The translations under genes and the position numbers were made by a program. A stretch of 58,920 bases of DNA, filler included. It is 8 parts of 8 records of this genome, joined end to end, with 100 filler letters (N's around TTAATTAATTAA, not from the genome) between each part and the next. Parts side by side here need not be neighbours in the genome. Positions count along the whole stretch, not along the records: positions 52,880 to 58,920 come from SRR31147125_35301; 7 more parts are not named here. The stretch is one strand, 5' to 3'. Positions 53,046-58,920 of this stretch are shown here, one piece after another (the first letter of the stretch is position 1; each line of letters opens with the position of its first letter). The notes beneath the pieces are model-generated. The model did no database searches. It saw nothing but the letters and a program-made list of their open reading frames with translations, and was not told the DNA's origin.

Positions 53046-53498
53046 ATGATTGATAAAAAGAGAAAAGAAATTGTAGATGCGTTTTTAAAATCGGTTGAAT
53101 GTATGAAGCTTATGCAGACTAAAGAATGGCTGTTTGGAGATACAAAGCTTTATAGCTCTCAGATGCATACTATACGTGCAATTGGTAATAGTGGTGAAAC
53201 TAACCTTACTGACTTAGCAAGCAGTATGGGGATTACTAAAGCGGGTGCATCTAAGTTTGTTGCAAAGCTGCAAGAGTCAGGATTTTTAAAAAAATATCAA
53301 AGCGATACGAATAAAAAGGAAGTATATTTTGCGTTAACTGACAAAGGAGAAGCAGCATACAATGAGCACGACAAATTCAGCAAAAAAACTTTTGGTGAAA
53401 TATATAAGATGATGGAAGAATTAAGCCCTCAAGAGCTTGAAATAGCAGAAGTGTTTATGAAAAAATTATCGATGATTTTAGAAGATGCAAGTAAATAA
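53046..53498 (+). CDS. MarR family transcriptional regulator
   Basis: LTDLASSMGITKAGASKFVAKL..G...DTNKKEVYFALTDKG. Confidence 0.9.
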   Translation: MIDKKRKEIVDAFLKSVECMKLMQTKEWLFGDTKLYSSQMHTIRAIGNSGETNLTDLASSMGITKAGASKFVAKLQESGFLKKYQSDTNKKEVYFALTDKGEAAYNEHDKFSKKTFGEIYKMMEELSPQELEIAEVFMKKLSMILEDASK

Positions 53499-53541
53499 TT
53501 AAAAAATACCGACAAAAATGTCGGTAAAAAAATAATTTAAA

Positions 53542-53556
53542 GTTAACCTAGTTAAC
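53542..53556. promoter_or_regulatory. Second copy of the putative MarR operator
   Basis: GTTAAC-CTA-GTTAAC immediately before the SD AAGGAGG of the next gene. Confidence 0.7.
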
Positions 53557-53571
53557 AAAAGGAGGCGTTTT

Positions 53572-54237
53572 ATGTTAGAAAAACAAGAATGGTGGGGTGT
53601 AGTTTCTAATTACAATATAACAATTTTCCCGACACAAATAATCGTGATGGCGATAGGGATAGCAGTTATAGCATATTTTATGTTTAAACAAAACAACTTA
53701 GCAAATATGTTGCTAAAAAGCTATTTTGCATTTTGTAATTTGTGGGTAGGTATTGTATTTTTCTTGATTTTAGGTAAAGACCTAGGAGCACCGATGAATA
53801 TTATTCAAGGGTGTGCGTTTATTGCAATAGGTTTACTTATGGCAATAGATATTTTTACAAACAAAACAAAGTTTGTCGTTCCAAAAGAAAAATCAAATAG
53901 AATTATGATGTTTATAATGTTAGGACTTGTTGCAGTTTATGCATTAATAGGTTTAGCAGTAGGCAGGGGATATGATAAACTTGTCTATTTTGGAACATTA
54001 CCATGCGCAACAACAGCGCTTGGGCTTATATTTATGCAAATGGCTTTACCAAAAGCAAATAAAGCTATCTATATTTTAATGCTTATATGGGCAATACCAT
54101 TTGCTCCGCTTATTCAAATACCAAAGTATCATGTATACGAAGACAGCATTATGTTTGTAATTGGAGTTATTGCACTTGCAAAGATTATAGTATCTTTATT
54201 AAAAAATAAAGAAAGGGAAATACAAAATGAGCAATAA
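53572..54237 (+). CDS. Integral membrane protein, DUF6064-like
   Basis: YNITIFPTQI, WVGIVFF and FGTLPCATT, with multiple TM helices. Confidence 0.7.
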   Translation: MLEKQEWWGVVSNYNITIFPTQIIVMAIGIAVIAYFMFKQNNLANMLLKSYFAFCNLWVGIVFFLILGKDLGAPMNIIQGCAFIAIGLLMAIDIFTNKTKFVVPKEKSNRIMMFIMLGLVAVYALIGLAVGRGYDKLVYFGTLPCATTALGLIFMQMALPKANKAIYILMLIWAIPFAPLIQIPKYHVYEDSIMFVIGVIALAKIIVSLLKNKEREIQNEQ

Positions 54238-54880
54238 ACAAAACATGATAAAAAACTTTAATAAACTAGCAGGGATATCATTTATACTTTTTCCAATTAT
54301 GCTGCTTTTAGGATTCGTAATGCATCCTGATTTATTTAAAATGGAAATGACGCTTACCTCTAAGCAGTTGGTAGAACACTTTTATCAAAGTTGGATGTAT
54401 CATGTTGGGCACTTAATTGTAGCACTTGCAATACCATTTATTATATGTGCGGTTATTTATATGGTAATTGCTTCAAAGGACAAAGGTGCAAGGATTGCAT
54501 TTATAGGTGGCGTAATTGCAATAATAGGTGCGGTTATTTTAGCCTTAGACAAAGGTAGCCTTTGTTTAGTTCTATCAGGGTTTAACACACTAAGCGAAGT
54601 AGATATAATGTCACTAGAGCCTCACTTACAGGTATTGGTAGATAAAAAAGGTTTACTTGCTATCAACTGGCTTATATTTCTACTACCGATAGGCACAATA
54701 ATCCAAGCTATTGGAATGATAAAGGATTTAATATTTACAAAAGCACAAGGTATGATAATCATTAGTGGCTTGCTACTTCTAAATAATCCAGATATCGAAC
54801 TTATAAGTACCGTTGGTTCAACACTTATGTGTATTGGGTATATTCCTTTTGGGGTAAAGGTGATTAGTGAGAATGTGTAA
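54227..54880 (+). CDS. Hypothetical integral membrane protein
   Basis: 217 aa with multiple hydrophobic helices; overlaps the upstream stop codon. Confidence 0.7.
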   Translation: MSNKQNMIKNFNKLAGISFILFPIMLLLGFVMHPDLFKMEMTLTSKQLVEHFYQSWMYHVGHLIVALAIPFIICAVIYMVIASKDKGARIAFIGGVIAIIGAVILALDKGSLCLVLSGFNTLSEVDIMSLEPHLQVLVDKKGLLAINWLIFLLPIGTIIQAIGMIKDLIFTKAQGMIIISGLLLLNNPDIELISTVGSTLMCIGYIPFGVKVISENV

Positions 54881-54916
54881 GTATTTAAGGAAAAGATGAG
54901 TATAAGTTTAATAAAT

Positions 54917-54954
54917 AAGCCAATGACTTTACTTTTTGCAAGGAATTGGCTTTT
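54917..54954 (+). terminator. Probable terminator of the MarR operon
   Basis: AAGCCAAT...ATTGGCTTTT inverted repeat with an imperfect inner stem. Confidence 0.5.
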
Positions 54955-55176
54955 GCTTTATAATGGTTGTTATTCTATAAAAGATTAATATCATTTTTAT
55001 ACTTGATCTGTGTGGAAATTTATTTTGATAAAATCAGTATTTATAGTAAAATATTTATAAATCACTATATTTATAAGGTGATGTATATTATAATGAAATG
55101 CCTCATATACATCAAGAATGGCTGAATAATTGTCTATACTGTTTTTTTGCTTCAGCTATTGGTGAAAGGAAGCTTC

Positions 55177-57120
55177 ATGAAAAAGTTAGCTGTCTCTCTT
55201 ATTATACTTATATCAATTGCTTTTTCTTTTTTTAAAGTAAGTGCACATAGCTTTAGCGAAGTTTACTTTGAAGACCATGGATCAATTATGTTGATTATAG
55301 ACCCTGTAAATGGGGAAATTACGGATGCAAACAATGCTGCTGTAGACTTTTATGGTTATTCAAAGGAACAATTGGAAAATATGAATATCAATCAAATTAA
55401 TATGCTAACTGATGAAGAAGTTAAAAAAGAGATGGAGTTGGCTGTAAGCGAGAAAAGAAACCACTTTTTGTTTGAACACAGAATTAAAGACGGTACAATA
55501 AAGCATGTCGAAGTTTATTCTACTTTTGTGACTACGGAACAAGGGCTAATGCTTTTTTCGATAATTCATGATATATCTGATAAGGTTATTGCACAAAAAT
55601 CGTTCCAAAGGAATCTAATAATTTTTCATACTTTTATGATCATATTGATAGCATTATTTATTGTATTTATTATATATACATATCGCCTAAAAAGACAAGC
55701 TCTATTGAGTAAAGAAAAATTCGAGGCTTTATTTGATAATATGACAGAAGGCGTTGCTCTGCATAAGATCATTTGTAGCAGGGATGGGAAACCGATAGAT
55801 TATAGTTTTGTTGAAATTAATAAGTCTTATGAGAAGATAACAGGGATCAAGGAAAGCGATGTAATAAATAAAACTGCCAAAGAAGTACTTATAAATATTG
55901 ATGCAGATTTGTTGGGGGAATTTGGAAAAGTTGCATTAACTGGTAAAGGCATGACTTATGAAAAGCGTTTGGACAACGCTGGGAAGCACTATTCTATTAA
56001 TGTATATAGCCCGCAGAAAGAATACTTTGTAACAGTTTATTCTGATATTTCTGATCAAGTAAGAGAAAGAGAAAAGCAAGATGAAATAGTGTCTTTAAGT
56101 TATCGCGATCAACTTACTAATTTGAACAACAGAAGATTTTTTGACGAAGAGTTTAGTAGAATAGATAGTAGAAAAAATTTACCAATAAGCGTAGCAATGA
56201 TTGATGTAAATGGATTGAAATTAACGAATGATGCTTTTGGACACCAAAAAGGTGATGAACTATTAAAGGCTGTAGCAAATTGTATTGAACTAAATAGTCG
56301 TGATGATGACGTTGTTGCGCGAATAGGCGGAGATGAATTTGTTATGCTCCTTCCAAAGACAAGTGCAGAAGATTCAAAGAAATTGGTTGAAGGAATTTAT
56401 AAGTCAATTTCGAATGTAACATTAAATGAAGTGATTATTTCAGTTTCTGTAGGCTGCGAAACAAAAGAAAGCAAATCGGAAGATATCTATGAGATTCTAA
56501 AAAAAGCCGAGGAGGATATGTATCGTAAAAAGCTTTCTGGAAGCAAAAATATGCGCAGTGAAACGATTAAAGTAATATTAAAAACACTGAATCAATCAAG
56601 TACAATGGAGAAAGAGCACTCGGAGAAAGTAAGCTTATTTTGTAAACAAATTGGTAGTATGATGGGTCTTGATGAAGAATCGCTAAACAAACTCGCAGTA
56701 GCAGGTCTTATGCATGATATTGGTAAAATAGCTATTGATAAATCCTTGTTGGATAAAGAGGGTAAATTGACGGAATATGAGTTTGAAGATGTCAAACGGC
56801 ATTCTGAGGTTGGTTATCATATACTTAAATCGGTGGATGAATATTCTGAATTTGCAGAATACGCTCTATCTCATCACGAAAGGTGGGATGGAAAGGGGTA
56901 TCCTATGGAGTTTAAGAAAGAGGAGATACCTTTGTTTGCAAGAATTATCACTATTGCAGATTCTTTTGAAGCAATGGTTAGCGACAGACCTTACAGAAAA
57001 AATTTATCGTACAAAGAAGCGATTAAAGAAATAGAAAGATGCTCTGGATATCAGTTTGACCCAGAGATTGTTCGAATATGTAAAGAACGAGGTTGGATAG
57101 GGTTTGAGGATGAATTCTAA
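55177..57120 (+). CDS. Membrane-bound PAS-PAS-GGDEF-HD-GYP c-di-GMP enzyme
   Basis: Signal/TM helix, PAS, TM, PAS, I-site RDDD plus GGDEF, then HDIGK and HHERWDGKGYP. Confidence 0.93.
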   Translation: MKKLAVSLIILISIAFSFFKVSAHSFSEVYFEDHGSIMLIIDPVNGEITDANNAAVDFYGYSKEQLENMNINQINMLTDEEVKKEMELAVSEKRNHFLFEHRIKDGTIKHVEVYSTFVTTEQGLMLFSIIHDISDKVIAQKSFQRNLIIFHTFMIILIALFIVFIIYTYRLKRQALLSKEKFEALFDNMTEGVALHKIICSRDGKPIDYSFVEINKSYEKITGIKESDVINKTAKEVLINIDADLLGEFGKVALTGKGMTYEKRLDNAGKHYSINVYSPQKEYFVTVYSDISDQVREREKQDEIVSLSYRDQLTNLNNRRFFDEEFSRIDSRKNLPISVAMIDVNGLKLTNDAFGHQKGDELLKAVANCIELNSRDDDVVARIGGDEFVMLLPKTSAEDSKKLVEGIYKSISNVTLNEVIISVSVGCETKESKSEDIYEILKKAEEDMYRKKLSGSKNMRSETIKVILKTLNQSSTMEKEHSEKVSLFCKQIGSMMGLDEESLNKLAVAGLMHDIGKIAIDKSLLDKEGKLTEYEFEDVKRHSEVGYHILKSVDEYSEFAEYALSHHERWDGKGYPMEFKKEEIPLFARIITIADSFEAMVSDRPYRKNLSYKEAIKEIERCSGYQFDPEIVRICKERGWIGFEDEF

Positions 57121-57205
57121 TATAATCAGGTTATAAAATAATAAAAGAATCTTACTAAGTTTTAAAAAGGTTATTTGACAACTATATTACCCTAAAATAT
57201 GTGTA

Positions 57206-57234
57206 TTGCAATAATGTAGAAGTTGTGATAATAT
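57206..57234 (+). promoter_or_regulatory. Candidate SigA promoter for the DUF2294 gene
   Basis: TTGCAA-N17-TAATAT with an extended -10 TG. Confidence 0.55.
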
Positions 57235-57307
57235 TATGTCTACTTATGGCAGAGATCAAGATGGTAAGCAGCTTGCGCTAAGCCATAATTTTTATTGGAG
57301 AACTTAA

Positions 57308-57657
57308 ATGACTAAAGGACAGTATGAAGCCGAAATTAGTAAAGCTATTACTAAGTTTGAATGCGAATACATGGGCAGAGGTCCTATAAGAATAAATACA
57401 AAGATTTTTGATGATGTAGTTTTCGTGAGGCTTTGGGGATTTTAACACCAGCAGAAAAACGCGTTGCGCAAACTAACGAAGGTACAGAGCTTATTAAAAA
57501 TGTTAGAATAAGACTTTTTGAAGAAGCTGATATTGAATTTAGAAAAGTTATTAACGATATTATCAGCGATGAAATCCTAAGTATTCATTCTGATGTCAGT
57601 ACAAAAACTGGCGAGAAGATTATTATAATAACTTTTAAAGATGAAATAAAAATTTAA
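57308..57657 (+). CDS. DUF2294 / MpsC family protein (single-base frameshift at the G-run 57435-57438)
   Basis: MTKGQYEAEISKAITKFECEYMGRGP...VFVRL, then GILTPAEK...LSIHSDVSTKTGEKIIIITF in the next frame. Confidence 0.88.
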
Positions 57658-57706
57658 GAAAGATATTAAACTGGTAGATAAGTAAAAACAAATTGTAGTT
57701 GCAAAT

Positions 57707-57747
57707 AAACCAGTACTATCATGTTATAGGATAGTACTGGTTTTTTT
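57707..57747 (+). terminator. Strong intrinsic terminator in the leader of the DUF4914 gene
   Basis: Perfect 14-bp stem AAACCAGTACTATC / GATAGTACTGGTTT followed by a T-run, ending 25 nt before ATG 57773. Confidence 0.88.
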
Positions 57748-57772
57748 ATAAATTTAAAGGAGTAATAATATT

Positions 57773-58920
57773 ATGAAAGTGAAAACAAGTATCAATAATC
57801 AAATTAGCCTAAAAGTTAATAAAGAGCTAAAAGAGATTTTTGATTCAGCACCAAGCATAGTTGTTCCAAAAGACAGAGCTCATCTTTTGGATCTTGCTAC
57901 AGATGGCGGGAAGCCGTTTTTAGAAGTAAACTATGATGTTGAAGGAGTAGGACTTGTAAAAGAAGCTACAGTTGCAAAATGTAAAAACGGAATTTCTGTA
58001 AACTATAATGAAGTTTACATGAGAAGACGTGACCCAAACTGTATGGTTATTGGAGACAAAGAGAATACTGACAAAGTGCAATATTCTAAAAAATATGACC
58101 GTGATTTTGAAAAGACTCGTGGAGAGACATTTGAGTGGTTGAAAAATCAAGACTTAATTGTTATGCCATTTACTGCTGGTGATAAAGTGTATGGTTATCC
58201 AGCTTTGTTGGTAGCACCAAAAAATGCAGGATTCTTTGCGGGAGGGCTTGCTGATCTTCAAGGGTTTATAAAAAGAGACGAGACTCCGCAGAACTATAAT
58301 CCAAAAGCCATTATATATTTAGCACCTACATTTCGCCATACGCACTACGAAGGTAAACAGGTTGTTGCGCATAACAGGCTAAAAGATGTACACGAAGTTT
58401 TTTCATACAACTTATATCCTGGCCCTAGTGCTAAAAAAGGCATTTATGGCGTTTTGCTTAATATCGGAGAGTACGAAAACTGGACAACAGTTCATGCTTC
58501 TTGCGTTGAATTAACGACTCCATATGATAATAAAATGGTTCTTATGCATGAAGGCGCAAGCGGTGGTGGTAAATCTGAAATGATTGAAGAAGTTCACCGT
58601 GAGGAAAATGGTAGCATTATCTTTGCAAAAAACACTATAAATGATAACGAAGTTACTATTGAACTTTCTGATACTTGCGAATTAAGACCCATTACTGATG
58701 ATATGGCAATGTGCCACCCAGAGCTGCAAAACGGGAAAAAGTTGGTTGTTAAAGATGCTGAAGACGGTTGGTTTTTAAGATTCAACCATATTACAGAGTA
58801 TGGAACATCACCACAACACGAAAAACTAACAATACACCCAAAAGAGCCACTTATCTTTTTAAATATGGATGCAGTACCTGGTTCTACAATTCTTATTTGG
58901 GAACATATAATGGATGAACC
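57773..58920 (+). CDS. DUF4914 family protein, PEP carboxykinase-like (3' truncated; absent from the ORF track)
   Basis: Open frame from ATG 57773 (SD AAGGAG): YMRRRDPNCM, YNLYPGPSAKKGIYG, TVHAS, HEGASGGGKSEM, ITDDMA and DAEDGWF. Confidence 0.85.
   Translation, partial: MKVKTSINNQISLKVNKELKEIFDSAPSIVVPKDRAHLLDLATDGGKPFLEVNYDVEGVGLVKEATVAKCKNGISVNYNEVYMRRRDPNCMVIGDKENTDKVQYSKKYDRDFEKTRGETFEWLKNQDLIVMPFTAGDKVYGYPALLVAPKNAGFFAGGLADLQGFIKRDETPQNYNPKAIIYLAPTFRHTHYEGKQVVAHNRLKDVHEVFSYNLYPGPSAKKGIYGVLLNIGEYENWTTVHASCVELTTPYDNKMVLMHEGASGGGKSEMIEEVHREENGSIIFAKNTINDNEVTIELSDTCELRPITDDMAMCHPELQNGKKLVVKDAEDGWFLRFNHITEYGTSPQHEKLTIHPKEPLIFLNMDAVPGSTILIWEHIMDE

Noticed and set aside
55105-55160. AATGGCTGAA / TTCAGCTATT pairing upstream of the c-di-GMP enzyme as a riboswitch
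   Set aside because: A single stem with a long loop and no c-di-GMP or other known aptamer consensus that I could recognise.
57431-57445. Phase-variable or programmed frameshift in DUF2294
   Set aside because: A G4 run is too short for typical phase variation and matches the window-wide indel pattern. It cannot be fully excluded without reads.
1-58920. CRISPR arrays, rRNA/tRNA genes, transposases, integrases or phage-defence genes
   Set aside because: None recognised by eye in any of the eight contigs.

Overview
This window is not one locus. It contains eight unrelated contigs joined by seven 100-nt artificial spacers (N-run, TTAATTAATTAA, N-run), consistent with a concatenated metagenome from an anoxic habitat. 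(1) 1-5266: intron-rich protist DNA with a Spinster-like MFS transporter and a convergent kinesin-6. (2) 5367-12100: bacterial corrinoid methyl-transfer operon (GntR/LacI-type regulator, corrinoid protein, UroD/MtaA methyltransferase with thioredoxin-like tails, CobW GTPase, homocysteine S-methyltransferase, MetH activation-domain protein). (3) 12201-25319: probable Desulfuromonadales contig with nrfHA under a sigma-54 promoter, a divergent heme-c sensor kinase and NtrC-type regulator, yciI, mobA/mobB and a ModE-box-controlled modE-wtpACB operon. (4) 25420-31479: serC, rlmN, DUF445, a HAD phosphatase and sdhC. (5) 31580-38141: pldA end, cti, old-yellow enzyme, PilZ, stand-alone PqqD and a GT2. 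(6) 38242-45578: Bacteroidota hybrid two-component system, fasciclin lipoprotein and SusC. (7) 45679-52779: protist coiled-coil protein plus a large secreted protein with a triplicated unnamed domain and a nested NPCBM module. (8) 52880-58920: Firmicute MarR operon, PAS-GGDEF-HD-GYP, DUF2294/MpsC and a PEPCK-like DUF4914 gene behind a terminator/antiterminator leader. Many genes carry single-base indels at homopolymers, probably sequencing errors. The best candidates for an undescribed system are the DUF2294 / RNA-hairpin / DUF4914 attenuation module, the corrinoid methyl-transfer operon lacking a folate module, and the protist repeat-domain protein. All family calls come from recognising motifs by eye, not from database searches, and taxonomic guesses are tentative.
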